DNA from: Chthoniobacteraceae bacterium
GTDB lineage: Bacteria; Verrucomicrobiota; Verrucomicrobiia; Chthoniobacterales; Chthoniobacteraceae
Reading direction: 5' to 3'
Assembly (NCBI GenBank): GCA_031409655.1
Contig: JANNXQ010000078.1
Span: forward strand, 1-64,000
DNA length: 64,000 nucleotides
In this document: positions 20,462 through 30,031 of the stretch, piece after piece
How the letters are laid out: each line of letters starts with the position of its first letter
How positions within the stretch are numbered: position 1 is the first letter of the stretch
Program-made: the position numbers and the translations under genes
The notes under the pieces: model-generated
What the model was told of the DNA's origin: nothing
The model's database searches: none
The model's input: the letters and a program-made list of their open reading frames with translations, nothing else

Positions 20462-20965
20462 CTACTGCGCTGGCTTCCGGAAGACCGCCCATTGGCCCAC
20501 GCCAAAGGGGTCGCGCGCCTTTTCCTCGATGAAGCCCCGGACTTTTTTGAGATACACGAGGTTACTGTGCGGACTGGTTCGCTGCTGCGTGAGGTGCAGC
20601 GCCTCCACCACTTTCAAGAGCCAATCCATGTGCGGCATCGGGGTCGTGAGGAGCAGGAGGCCGCCGGGTTTCAGCAGATCGAGGCACTGCTGGAAACAGT
20701 CCACATGCTCGACGACCTCAAAGGCCACGATCACGTCGAAGGACGACGCCTGGAGCCCGTATTTCTGCCACTCGCAGATATCGCCGCGAATATCCGCGGG
20801 CTGGTCGATATCCATGGTCAAATAGTGGACGGTCAGCGCCGCCTCGACCGCGCGCCGGAACCAACCCTCACCGGAACCAATCTCCAGCACGCGATCGCCG
20901 GATCGGATCGAGGGGAGAAAGTAACGGATGCGGTTTTTGCGGGCCCAGGCTTGGATCGGTCGCAT
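20462..20965 (-). CDS. Class I SAM methyltransferase
   Basis: VLEIGSGEG, FDVIVAFEVVEHV, LLKPGG. Confidence 0.88.
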   Translation of the reverse strand: MRPIQAWARKNRIRYFLPSIRSGDRVLEIGSGEGWFRRAVEAALTVHYLTMDIDQPADIRGDICEWQKYGLQASSFDVIVAFEVVEHVDCFQQCLDLLKPGGLLLLTTPMPHMDWLLKVVEALHLTQQRTSPHSNLVYLKKVRGFIEEKARDPFGVGQWAVFRKPAQ

Positions 20966-20975
20966 GGTGGTGAGG

Positions 20976-21746
20976 TTACGGGGAGGCCCGCGGCGGGCGG
21001 ACTTTGATGCGCATGAGTTCCAGGAGCATCTCGACGCCCCAGGTGACGACTTGCAGGACGTTGATGCTATTGGTGCCGCCCTGCCGGTCGAGGAAGTGGA
21101 TCGGCACGTAAGACCACCGCAGGCCTGGCAGCTTTTTCAGGACGTAGGTGAGGGCGACGTTGTGGATATTGAAGCCGGGCGGGATGTGGCGCAGCGCGGC
21201 TTCGAGAGCGCTACTGCGGAGGAGGCGGTAGGGGACATTCGGGTCGCGGAGATCCTGGCCGGAGATCAGGGACGAACCGAGCCGGCAGATCGAGGAGGTG
21301 ATCACGCGGATGAGACCGTCGTCCCGCTTTTTCCGGAAGCCGAAGATGCAATCGTGGCCTTCGCGCCGCGACCAGAAGTCGGCGAAATGCGCCGGGTCGC
21401 ACTGGCCGTCGGAGTCGATCTGCAGGATCCACTCAGCTTGGGAATTGACGCCGATGTCGTAGCCAGTGCGGCACGTCATGCCGTGGCCGCTGTTGGGCTT
21501 GTGCACGACGCAGATCTCGGCGGAGTTTTCGGCCTCCCATTTGAGCAGCGCGGCGTGGGTGCGATCCCGCGAGCCATCGTCGAGCGCGATGAATTGAAAC
21601 TTCACCCCCAAGCCGCGCAAACATTCCGCCCAAGCCGTGAGGACGCGGACGATATTCGCCTCCTCATTGTAGATCGGCATGACGATGACGAGAGGCGCGG
21701 TGACGGACTGACCGATTTCTTTCAGACTAAAGGAAAAGCGCGCCAT
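20976..21746 (-). CDS. Glycosyltransferase family 2 (DPM-synthase-like)
   Basis: VMPIYNEE, DDGSRD, QIDSDGQ, DPNVPYRL. Confidence 0.9.
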   Translation of the reverse strand: MARFSFSLKEIGQSVTAPLVIVMPIYNEEANIVRVLTAWAECLRGLGVKFQFIALDDGSRDRTHAALLKWEAENSAEICVVHKPNSGHGMTCRTGYDIGVNSQAEWILQIDSDGQCDPAHFADFWSRREGHDCIFGFRKKRDDGLIRVITSSICRLGSSLISGQDLRDPNVPYRLLRSSALEAALRHIPPGFNIHNVALTYVLKKLPGLRWSYVPIHFLDRQGGTNSINVLQVVTWGVEMLLELMRIKVRPPRASP

Positions 21747-22903
21747 TAGGTTTCCTGATTTGGGAAGACGGGAAGGGTGGCTCCTGAATTGCGGCGCGTG
21801 ATGATTTCATCCGCGAGCACGAGGGCTTCGCCGATCACGGTTTCCATGTCCATGTAGCGGTAAGTGGCGAGGCGACCGAGGAAGGTGAGACCCTGCTGGG
21901 CTTCGGCCATGGTGCGGTAGCGGGTGAGGAGCTGTTTATCGGCGGCGAGGCGTTTGGGGTAGTAGGGGAGATCGTCGGGGGCGGTCTCCTTGCTGTATTC
22001 GCGGAAGGCGACGGTGCGCGCGTGGCTCTCCCAGGGGGCGAAATGTTTGTGCTCATGGATGCGGGTCCAGGGGACGGAGAGGTCGGGGTAATTGATGACG
22101 GCATTGCCCTGGTAGTCGCCATCGGCGTCGATGCGCTCGAAGGTCACGGTGCGATAGCCGAGGCGGCCTTCAGTGAAATCGAAGAAGGCATCGAGCGGGC
22201 CGGTGTAGAAGACGTGGTCGAAGCCGGCCTCGTCCTGGCCGCGGCGGAAGGCGGTGTTCAGCCGCACCTCGATCGCGGGATGCGCGAGGAGGCGTTCGAT
22301 GATCGCGGTGTAGCCGTCCTCGGGGATGCCCTGAAATTTCCGCGCGTAGTAGGTGTCGTCGTAGTTGAAGCGCACCGGGAGGCGTTTGAGGATCGAGGCG
22401 GGCAACTCGCGCGGGTCGCAGCCCCATTGCTTGACGGTGTAGCCGTGGAAAAAGGTTTCGTAGAGCTCGCGCCCGAGAAATTTCAGCGCCTGTTCCTCGA
22501 AGCTCTGCGGCTCACCGATGCTGGCGTCGCCGAGCGAGGCGATGAAGGCGCGGGCCTCGCTGGGACCGAAGTTTTTCCCGAAGAACTGATTGATGGTGTG
22601 CAGATTGATCGGCATCACGAAGACGCCACGCGCGGTGGAGGCCTTCACTCGATTGATGTAAGACCGGAAGACGCCGAAGCCCTGCACGTAGCTCCAGACG
22701 CGTTCGTTGTCGGTATTGAAAATGTGCGGGCCGTGGACGTGGACCATGACGCCGGTGGCCGGGTCGCGCTCGGTGTGGCAATTGCCGGCGACGTGCGACT
22801 TGGCGTCGAGGACGACGACCTGCGCATCCAGCCGCGTGACCAGCTCGCGGGCGAGCACCGCCCCGGAGAAGCCAGCGCCGACGATGAGGAAACGGGAGGG
22901 CAT
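21746..22903 (-). CDS. glf: UDP-galactopyranose mutase
   Basis: IVGAGFSG, AGNC, HGPHIFNT, GYTVKQWG, YYP, GRLATYRYMDM. Confidence 0.95.
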   Translation of the reverse strand: MPSRFLIVGAGFSGAVLARELVTRLDAQVVVLDAKSHVAGNCHTERDPATGVMVHVHGPHIFNTDNERVWSYVQGFGVFRSYINRVKASTARGVFVMPINLHTINQFFGKNFGPSEARAFIASLGDASIGEPQSFEEQALKFLGRELYETFFHGYTVKQWGCDPRELPASILKRLPVRFNYDDTYYARKFQGIPEDGYTAIIERLLAHPAIEVRLNTAFRRGQDEAGFDHVFYTGPLDAFFDFTEGRLGYRTVTFERIDADGDYQGNAVINYPDLSVPWTRIHEHKHFAPWESHARTVAFREYSKETAPDDLPYYPKRLAADKQLLTRYRTMAEAQQGLTFLGRLATYRYMDMETVIGEALVLADEIITRRNSGATLPVFPNQET

Positions 22904-22912
22904 GGCAGTAGG

Positions 22913-24124
22913 TTATTTTTCCTCTGGATCGGGCGGCCGCCGGGAGGTGGTCTTCAGACCCAGCACACTCAGAAACCAGCTCGCCGCCATGACCTGATGT
23001 CCGACCACGATGAGGGTCACGGCGGCGATGATGCGGCGCATATTTTCCGGATACGGGATCACGCCGAAACCCGCCTGGCTCCAGAGCCAGAGCGCCCAGG
23101 CGAGGACGATCCCTCCAGCCAGGAGCAGCCCGGCTCCGACGCCGAGCCCTTTTTCCAGGGTGAAATAGCGGAAGATCCGGGCGAACCGCACATCGGCGGG
23201 GAGCAGGCCTTCGGCGATGGCGAAGACCTTGGCGAAGAAGGCGAAGGCGGCAAGATTCACGCCGATGATGGCGAGCATGCAGGCCACGGCAAAGGTGCCG
23301 GCATCGAGGCGCACGCTGCCGAGGAAGATCGGGCTGAAGTAGATGGCCAGCGCGGCGAGGGTGCCGAAGCCGGCGAGCACCATCCCGGGCACGAGGAAAA
23401 GCCAGCGCGGCGAATAGATGAGCATGAAGCGCAGGTGCCGCCAGCCATCGCGCCAGGCGCGCAGGTGCGGCGGGCGCGAGCGTCCGTCGGGGTGCAGGGT
23501 GATGGGGACCTCGGCGACGCGCAGGCCTTGGAGCGTCGCTTTCATGACCATTTCACTGGCGAACTCCATGCCGGTGGTCTGGGGCTCGAGGCGCAGGCAG
23601 GCAGCGCGGTCGAAGGCGCGCAGGCCGCAGTGGAAGTCGTGGATCGGCGTGCGGAAAAGCAGCCGGCCGAGGAAGGAGAGGACGGGATTGCCGAGCCAGC
23701 GATTTTTCCACGGCATCGCGCCGGGCAGGATGGTGCCGCCGCCGATCGGCAGCCGGCAACCCATGACGAGTTCGCAGCCCGCACGGAGTTTTTCGACGAA
23801 GGCTGGGGCTTGGGAAAAGTCGTAGCTGTCGTCGGCATCGCCCATGAGAATCCAGCGCCCGCGCGCCGCCGCGATGCCGCCCCGGAGCGCGCTCCCGTAA
23901 CCCTTTTCCGCCACCGGCACGACCCGCGCACCGTGCTCTTCGGCGAGGGCGATGGAACCGTCCGTCGAGCCGTTGTCGGCGATCAGGATTTCGCCAGTCA
24001 CCCCGGCCCTATCGATCCCGAGCCGGGCCTTCGCGATGCAGGCCACGAGCGTCTCCGCCTCGTTCAGGCACGGCATCAGGATGGTGAGGTCGAGCGCAGC
24101 TCGATCTTCGTGGCTAGTGGGCAT
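22913..24124 (-). CDS. Glycosyltransferase family 2 with C-terminal TM segments
   Basis: MPCLNEAETL, ADNGSTDGS, MGDADDSYDF, DFHCGLRAF, MEFASEM. Confidence 0.92.
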   Translation of the reverse strand: MPTSHEDRAALDLTILMPCLNEAETLVACIAKARLGIDRAGVTGEILIADNGSTDGSIALAEEHGARVVPVAEKGYGSALRGGIAAARGRWILMGDADDSYDFSQAPAFVEKLRAGCELVMGCRLPIGGGTILPGAMPWKNRWLGNPVLSFLGRLLFRTPIHDFHCGLRAFDRAACLRLEPQTTGMEFASEMVMKATLQGLRVAEVPITLHPDGRSRPPHLRAWRDGWRHLRFMLIYSPRWLFLVPGMVLAGFGTLAALAIYFSPIFLGSVRLDAGTFAVACMLAIIGVNLAAFAFFAKVFAIAEGLLPADVRFARIFRYFTLEKGLGVGAGLLLAGGIVLAWALWLWSQAGFGVIPYPENMRRIIAAVTLIVVGHQVMAASWFLSVLGLKTTSRRPPDPEEK

Positions 24125-24428
24125 GGCCGGGTCCGAGGTCAGGTGCGCCGCGCGCCGCGTGCCAGAAGCGCAAGACGTAAACGACGGTGGGTTTGTGGCG
24201 CACTTCATAGATGATCCGGTAAGAGCCATGCACGATCTCGCGGACCGCGGGATCGCGGAGTTCGGGAATCATGCGGCCGATTTCAGGGAAACGGCCGATT
24301 GCCAGGGCTTCGTCGATCAGAGCGTCGCCGAAAGTCTTGGCGCGCTCCGGGCTATCGGTTCGGAGGTAACGAATGATGCCGCCGAGATCTTCCTGCGACT
24401 GCGGCGTCAGGATTACTGGGAAGCCCAT
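24114..24428 (-). CDS. RelE/ParE-family toxin
   Basis: SQEDLGGI..Y, FPEIGRMIPEL, REIVHGSYRIIY, RFWHAAR. Confidence 0.88.
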   Translation of the reverse strand: MGFPVILTPQSQEDLGGIIRYLRTDSPERAKTFGDALIDEALAIGRFPEIGRMIPELRDPAVREIVHGSYRIIYEVRHKPTVVYVLRFWHAARGAPDLGPGHAH

Positions 24429-24598
24429 GCATCCACCAGCTTCCGCGCATCCTCCGCGGGGATCCCTTCGCCACGCGCGGCCTGCTCCCGCGCTGTCTTG
24501 AGCCCGGCGAGAAACTCGATCTCACGCGCGATTTCTTCCAGAGGTGCATCCTCCGGGAGGCGTTGGAGAAGGTCGATAACCACTTCACGATTGCTCAT
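24413..24598 (-). CDS. Small antitoxin of the RelE/ParE pair
   Basis: 61 aa, LPEDAPLEEI...GEGIPAEDAR; overlaps toxin start. Confidence 0.75.
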   Translation of the reverse strand: MSNREVVIDLLQRLPEDAPLEEIAREIEFLAGLKTAREQAARGEGIPAEDARKLVDAWASQ

Positions 24599-24605
24599 GG
24601 CGGGC

Positions 24606-24634
24606 AGTATCCCAGAGGGCGACGGGTTAGGCAA
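24606..24634 (-). promoter_or_regulatory. Putative sigma70 promoter of the TA pair
   Basis: Minus strand TTGCCT-N17-GATACT, 7 nt upstream of the antitoxin ATG. Confidence 0.4.
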
Positions 24635-24649
24635 ACCGGATGCTTGCCG

Positions 24650-25180
24650 CTAGCGCACGACGCCGAACTCCGCCCGGCGATTCTTCGCCCACGCGCTTTC
24701 GCCGCTGCCGGAGTCGGCGGGCATTTCAGCGCCGAAGCTCACGGTCTGGATGCGCGAGCCGTCGGCTCCGGCGCGGATGAGCGCTTCGCGGACGATCTGC
24801 GCGCGACGTTCGCCGAGGCCACGGTTGTATTCGGGCGTGCCGCGTTCGTCGGTGAAGCCGGCGATGATCACGTTGTTCGGCCCGCTCTTCATGAAGCCGG
24901 CCACTTGGTCGATCTTGCCGCGCTCGCCGCCGGGGATGGAGTAGCTGTCAAAGTCGAATTGGACGGGCGAAAAGCGATTGCGGTCCACATTGCTGCTGAG
25001 GAAGGAGACGCCTTCCTGACGGTCGGGCAGAGGGATGCCGTTGACGTTGTCCGAGTCCGAACCGTATTGGCCGCCGACGCTGTCGCTGAGGTCGCCGCCG
25101 CGTTTACCTTTGGCGCAGCCACCGACGGTGCAGGCAAAGGCAGCGATGAGGATGAAATGGAGGAGGCGGGAGATTTTCAT
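24650..25180 (-). CDS. pal: Peptidoglycan-associated lipoprotein (OmpA domain)
   Basis: Lipobox-like VGGC, VQFDFDS, GFTDERGTPEYNRGLGERRA, SFGAEMP, NRRAEF; downstream of tolB. Confidence 0.92.
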   Translation of the reverse strand: MKISRLLHFILIAAFACTVGGCAKGKRGGDLSDSVGGQYGSDSDNVNGIPLPDRQEGVSFLSSNVDRNRFSPVQFDFDSYSIPGGERGKIDQVAGFMKSGPNNVIIAGFTDERGTPEYNRGLGERRAQIVREALIRAGADGSRIQTVSFGAEMPADSGSGESAWAKNRRAEFGVVR

Positions 25181-25214
25181 GGAAGGTGAGGAAGATTGCG
25201 CAATGGATTGAGCG

Positions 25215-26342
25215 TCAGCGGGACCAGCTCGGCTCGGAGATTTTTCCGAGGCCGCCGACGAGGGTGGTTTTCTGGCCGGTCTGGGTATCGAGGAGGATGA
25301 GCGCGCTGCCGCTGGAATAGATGAGGTGCCGCGAGTCCGCGCCCCACACTGGATCCTGCCCGGTGCCGACGATGCGACTGCCGCCGCCACTCAGATTGAG
25401 GATGGCAACCTCAAAACCGCTGCCGCCCCGGGTGTTGAAGGCGATCTTCTTCCCGTCGGGCGACCAGTTTGGCTCGGTATTATAGCTGTGCCCGGTGCTC
25501 ACGGCGCGGCCGGCGCCGCCGCTCGCGGAGATGCGGAAAAGACGCGGGCCGCCGCGGTCGTCGCTCGAGTAGATGATCTCGCCGCCATCGGGCGACCAGG
25601 TGGGTGAACTCTCCACGCCTGCCGTGCGGGTCAGCCGGCGCGCGCCGCCGCCCCCGCTGCCGGTGACGTAAAGTTCGGGGTTGCCGTCCTTGCTCAGCGT
25701 CACGGCGAGCCGGCCACCATCGGGCGAGAAATTCGCGCCGGAATTGGTCCCCGGATACTTCAGGATGCGAGTGCGCGCACCGTTGCCGAGGTCGATCTCA
25801 TAGACGTCGGCGTAACCACTCTTGTAGCCCGTATAGACGAGGGTCCGGCCGTCGGGGCTGAGGTTCGGGGCGACGCTGATCGTCCCGTCATTCGTGAGCT
25901 GGTTCACATTCGCCCCGTCCGCGTCGGCGGTGTAAATCTCCTTCTTGCCGGAGCGCGTGGCCACGAAGGCGATCTTCGTGCTGGAGATGCCTTTGTTGCC
26001 GGTCAGCGTCTCCACGATTTCATCGGCGAAAGCGTGGACACGTCCGCGCGCCGAACCGCTGAAGGTGCGGCTGAGCACCGTCTTGCCGCCTTGATCGTTC
26101 ACATTTCCCGCCAGGCCGCCGCTGCTCACGGAGCCGCTCGCGACGAAGGCGGAATTCGCCGGTGAGGCGATGGTGAAGTAGCCGGACATCGCGAGATCGT
26201 TTTGCAGGATCTTCGCGTCGGCCGCCGGGAGGCCGGTGACGGCGATGGTCAGCTTGTCGCCCTTGCTGATCGTGATCGTCGGCGTCTCCTGCGCGAGGAG
26301 CGGGGCGCAGGCGAGGAAGAGGAGCGCGAGGAGTCTTTTCAT
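25215..26342 (-). CDS. tolB: TolB periplasmic beta-propeller protein
   Basis: Signal peptide, HAFADEIV, repeated SPDG (PD40) motifs. Confidence 0.9.
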   Translation of the reverse strand: MKRLLALLFLACAPLLAQETPTITISKGDKLTIAVTGLPAADAKILQNDLAMSGYFTIASPANSAFVASGSVSSGGLAGNVNDQGGKTVLSRTFSGSARGRVHAFADEIVETLTGNKGISSTKIAFVATRSGKKEIYTADADGANVNQLTNDGTISVAPNLSPDGRTLVYTGYKSGYADVYEIDLGNGARTRILKYPGTNSGANFSPDGGRLAVTLSKDGNPELYVTGSGGGGARRLTRTAGVESSPTWSPDGGEIIYSSDDRGGPRLFRISASGGAGRAVSTGHSYNTEPNWSPDGKKIAFNTRGGSGFEVAILNLSGGGSRIVGTGQDPVWGADSRHLIYSSGSALILLDTQTGQKTTLVGGLGKISEPSWSR

Positions 26343-26419
26343 GAAGGCGCGGAGGCTAGCGGATGGGCCGAGGAAAATGGAAGAGGAGAACCGCCAATCC
26401 GCGGCAAAAAAATTCGTGC

Positions 26420-27121
26420 TCAGGGGCGCCCGGTCTCTTCCGTTTGATCCACCCAGGCGTGCAGATGGGTGAAGGAATAGACGATGAGGTAACAGACGAG
26501 CGAGAAGGCGAAGAAGGTGCCCGAAAAAGCGAGGGCCTGGGGGTTGCGGCTGGGATCGGCGAGGCGCGAAGCCTCGGTCACGATGCTGATCGGATCGGTG
26601 AGCACGTCCCAGGAATTCCAGCGCACGAAACGCCCGAGATAGATGCCAAACGCGCTCACGCCGAGCATGCCCAACGCAAAGGCCCAACTCACGCCGCGCC
26701 CGAACCAGCCGCGCACCACCTCCTGCATGAGGTAGAGCGAGAGATAACCGAGGAAAAGGCCGGTGAGCGCGAAGGCCATGATCGTGATGAGGTCGTACCA
26801 GAGCGGCACGCCAGGTCGCGGGTGCAGGTGCTGGAGATCGGTGACGATGTAGGGCGCATTCGGAAAAAAGAGGAACCAGACCACGAAGCAGGTGGAGACG
26901 ATGAACCAGCGGGGTTTCGGGCGGTTGCGCAGGGCGTAAATCGGGAGCGCGGCGGTGAGGGGAATCCAGGCGAGGAAGAGATTCCAGAGGAAGGCGGTGA
27001 AGACGACATTGTGCGAATACAGCGCGCGCATGACCACGAGGCCAAAGCAGAGCGTCGACGCCAAGGCCAGGGCCACCAGCGCCGCCCACTGCTGGCGGCT
27101 GTGAATGAGCCGGTCGCGCAT
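26420..27121 (-). CDS. DUF1361 membrane protein
   Basis: LWNLFLAWIP, FFPNAPYIVTDLQHL, GIYLGRFVRWNSWD. Confidence 0.88.
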   Translation of the reverse strand: MRDRLIHSRQQWAALVALALASTLCFGLVVMRALYSHNVVFTAFLWNLFLAWIPLTAALPIYALRNRPKPRWFIVSTCFVVWFLFFPNAPYIVTDLQHLHPRPGVPLWYDLITIMAFALTGLFLGYLSLYLMQEVVRGWFGRGVSWAFALGMLGVSAFGIYLGRFVRWNSWDVLTDPISIVTEASRLADPSRNPQALAFSGTFFAFSLVCYLIVYSFTHLHAWVDQTEETGRP

Positions 27122-27555
27122 TACGGCGCCGGAACGCCGAGTTCGGTGCGCTCCACCACTTCGGTGGACCACAGCTTCCACTGCACGCCGTCGCGCTTCA
27201 GAGTGTGCAGGCCGACGATGCGGTTGTCGGTGAGGTCCGCTGGGCCGCTCAGCTTGCGCGTCTCCTGGACGAAGCGCACGCGGATGGTGTCGCCCTTGGC
27301 CGACTCGATCTCCGCGCTCTTCAGGTCGTAGAGCAGCTCGTAGTGCTCGGCGACGGCCTTGGAGGCTTCAAAATGCGGACTGTTCGGATGCACCGTCGCG
27401 GTGATTTTTTCGACGTTCTTCGCCTTCATCGCCGCGAGATTTTCCTGCACTACTTCGAGCGCGGCCTTTTTGTCCGCCTCGGTCACCTGCCCGCAACCGC
27501 CGAGGCCCAAACCCACGGCAAGGAGAACGACGGAGAAGAAAAGTGGGGATCTCAT
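27121..27555 (-). CDS. Hypothetical lipoprotein (NTF2-like fold possible)
   Basis: Lipobox LGGC; ends LKRDGVQWKL. Confidence 0.65.
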   Translation of the reverse strand: MRSPLFFSVVLLAVGLGLGGCGQVTEADKKAALEVVQENLAAMKAKNVEKITATVHPNSPHFEASKAVAEHYELLYDLKSAEIESAKGDTIRVRFVQETRKLSGPADLTDNRIVGLHTLKRDGVQWKLWSTEVVERTELGVPAP

Positions 27556-27664
27556 GGGCAAATTTTCCAGGAGCACTGCCTACCCGAGCGGGCTGGGGTT
27601 GCAAGGGTGGAGTGAGCCACTGGTGGACGAATGGCGCGGGGCGCTATTGGATGTCGCGCCGCGC

Positions 27665-28234
27665 ATGACCGACCACTTTTCCATCCTCGCCCTCCCGCGC
27701 CGCCCGTGGCTCGAGCCGGCGGAGATCAAGGATGCGTTTCATCGGCTGGCCGCGGAGCGCCATCCGGATTCGCCGGGCGGCGATGCCGAAGCCTTCGCCC
27801 GGACAAATGCCGCGTGGCAGATCCTTCGCGAGCCCGCGAGCCGGTTGCGCCATCTCCTCGAGCTGGAATTTTCCACGCTGGATCTCGCCTCGCCGCCGCT
27901 TCCCTCCTCGCTCGCGGATGCCTTCATGGACCTGGCCGCACTGCTCCGCGCGCTGGAAGATTTCCGCCGGCGCCAAGCCGCCGCCAGCGGCGCCCTGGCC
28001 AGCGCGTTGCTCGCCGAGGATCGCGCCAAACTCGAGCGCCGCCTGCGTACCGCGCTAACCCGCATCGACGCCGTCATCGCCCGCGCCCTGGAGGAAGTCC
28101 GCACCATCGACGCCTCGTGGCTGCTGCGTGATGAATCCATCGCCGAACGCCTCTCCGCCTTGCAGCGCGAACTCACCTTCGCCGAAAAATGGTCCACCCA
28201 ACTCCGCGAAGGACTCTTCAAGCTCGGCAGTTGA
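27665..28234 (+). CDS. J-domain co-chaperone (HscB-like)
   Basis: DHFSILAL, HPD motif, NAAWQILREPASR; upstream of Hsp70. Confidence 0.85.
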   Translation: MTDHFSILALPRRPWLEPAEIKDAFHRLAAERHPDSPGGDAEAFARTNAAWQILREPASRLRHLLELEFSTLDLASPPLPSSLADAFMDLAALLRALEDFRRRQAAASGALASALLAEDRAKLERRLRTALTRIDAVIARALEEVRTIDASWLLRDESIAERLSALQRELTFAEKWSTQLREGLFKLGS

Positions 28235-28235
28235 T

Positions 28236-28263
28236 TTCATCCTTCATCCCTCATCCTTCATCC
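28236..28263. repeat. Heptamer tandem repeat (TTCATCC)x4
   Basis: ttcatcc ttcatcc ctcatcc ttcatcc between the J-protein and Hsp70 genes. Confidence 0.85.
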
Positions 28264-28270
28264 TTTCCCC

Positions 28271-30031
28271 ATGATCGTCGGCATCGACCTCGGCACCACC
28301 AATTCGCTCATCGGTTCCATGGACGCAGGTTTCCCCGTGCTCATCGCCAATGCCGACGGCGAACGGCTCACGCCTTCCGTCGTGCATTTCCCCGCGAGCG
28401 GCGAACCGCTGGTCGGACGGGCCGCGGCGCGGATGCGCGCGGTCGATCCGGAGCACACGGTGTATTCCGTGAAGCGTTTCCTCGGACGCCGGGTGGGAGA
28501 GGAAGCCGATGACGTCAGCTACCCGCTGGCCGGGGTGCGCGGCGCGCCAGTGCGGGTGCGGGTGCGGGATCGGGACTTGGCGCCGGAGGAAATTTCCGCA
28601 CTCGTGCTGGCGAAACTCAAGGCCGACGCCCAACGCGCCTTCGGCACCGAGGTCACCCGCGCGGTCATCACCGTGCCCGCGTATTTCAACGACGCCCAAC
28701 GCCATGCCACCAAGACCGCCGGCGAACTCGCCGGATTCATCGTCGAGCGCATCGTCAATGAACCCACCGCGGCCGCACTCGCCTATGGCCTGGATAAGCT
28801 CGGCGACCGCGCGAAGGTCGCCGTCTTCGATCTTGGCGGTGGCACCTTCGACATCTCGATCCTTGAACAAAATGAGGGCGTCTTTCAGGTGCTGGCGACG
28901 AATGGCAACACCCGCCTCGGCGGCGACGACATCGACCGCGCGCTGATTTCAGATTTTAGACTTCAGCTTTCAGATTTGTCTCCCTCTGCCGAAGCCCGCC
29001 TCCGCGATGCGCTCGTCGCTGCGAAGCACCGGCTCTCCGTCGAAGACACCACGGAGATCACGCTGCCCTTCCTCGCTGGTCGCGAAAACTTCACCTGCAC
29101 CTACACCCGCGCCGATCTCGAACGCGTCGCCGGCCCCATCGTCGAGCGCACTCGCGAACACTGCCGCCGCGCACTCGCCGACGCTCGGCTCACGCCTGCG
29201 GATCTCGACGAAGTGATCCTCGTCGGTGGCCAGACGCGGATGCCGCTGGTCCGCGCACTCGTCGCGGAGATCTTTGGCCGCGCGCCGAATCTTTCGCAGA
29301 ATCCCGACGAAGCCGTGGCCCTCGGCGCGACCATCCAAGCCGGCATCCTCTCCGGCGCGGTGCAAAATATCGTTCTCCTCGACGTCACCCCGCTCTCGCT
29401 CGGCATCGAGACTTTCGGCGGGCTGATGAACGTGCTCATCCCGCGCAATTCCACGATCCCGATCAAGGCCGGCGAAATGTTCACGAACGTGGTGGCCGGA
29501 CAGCGTGCGATGCTCATCAAAGTCCTCCAGGGCGAACGCGAGCTGGCTCGCGACAACTGGACGCTCGGGCAGTTTGAACTCGCTTTCGTCCCCGCGCCGA
29601 AAGGCCACGCGCGGGTCGGTGTGCAGTTTGAAATCGACGCCAGCGGCATCCTCCGCGTCCTTGCCCGCGACACCAGCACTGGCTTGGAGAAAGTGGTGCC
29701 TTTGACCAGCGCCATCGATGTGAGTGACGAGGCCGTGGAAAAGATGCTCGAAGAATCGCTCGAACACGCCTTCGAAGACTTGAACGACCGCATCTTCGTA
29801 GAGGCGAAACTCAAAGCCGACGAACTCCTCCCCGCCGTGCGCAAGGCCCTGGAGCAAGTCGGCGCCAATCTCGACACCAGCGAACGCGCCGGTATCGCTG
29901 ACTGCGTGTCTAGCGTGGAGCGCGCGGTAGCCTTGGGAGCCGCTCAACCCCTCAGACAGGCGAATGCCGCGCTCGATGCCGCCACGCAGCGCCTCGCCAC
30001 CTTGCTGCTCGAACGAGCGGGACTCGGCTGA
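28271..30031 (+). CDS. Hsp70-family chaperone (HscA/DnaK-like)
   Basis: GIDLGTTNS, TVPAYFNDAQR, NEPTAAALAYG, DLGGGTFD, LLDVTPLSLG. Confidence 0.93.
   Translation: MIVGIDLGTTNSLIGSMDAGFPVLIANADGERLTPSVVHFPASGEPLVGRAAARMRAVDPEHTVYSVKRFLGRRVGEEADDVSYPLAGVRGAPVRVRVRDRDLAPEEISALVLAKLKADAQRAFGTEVTRAVITVPAYFNDAQRHATKTAGELAGFIVERIVNEPTAAALAYGLDKLGDRAKVAVFDLGGGTFDISILEQNEGVFQVLATNGNTRLGGDDIDRALISDFRLQLSDLSPSAEARLRDALVAAKHRLSVEDTTEITLPFLAGRENFTCTYTRADLERVAGPIVERTREHCRRALADARLTPADLDEVILVGGQTRMPLVRALVAEIFGRAPNLSQNPDEAVALGATIQAGILSGAVQNIVLLDVTPLSLGIETFGGLMNVLIPRNSTIPIKAGEMFTNVVAGQRAMLIKVLQGERELARDNWTLGQFELAFVPAPKGHARVGVQFEIDASGILRVLARDTSTGLEKVVPLTSAIDVSDEAVEKMLEESLEHAFEDLNDRIFVEAKLKADELLPAVRKALEQVGANLDTSERAGIADCVSSVERAVALGAAQPLRQANAALDAATQRLATLLLERAGLG

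Noticed and set aside
22022..24214. 730-aa + strand ORF
   Set aside because: Antisense shadow of glf and GT2; no motifs; typical high-GC artefact
26343..27089. Long N-terminal extension of the TolB ORF
   Set aside because: Overlaps the DUF1361 gene in another frame; the signal peptide starts at 26342
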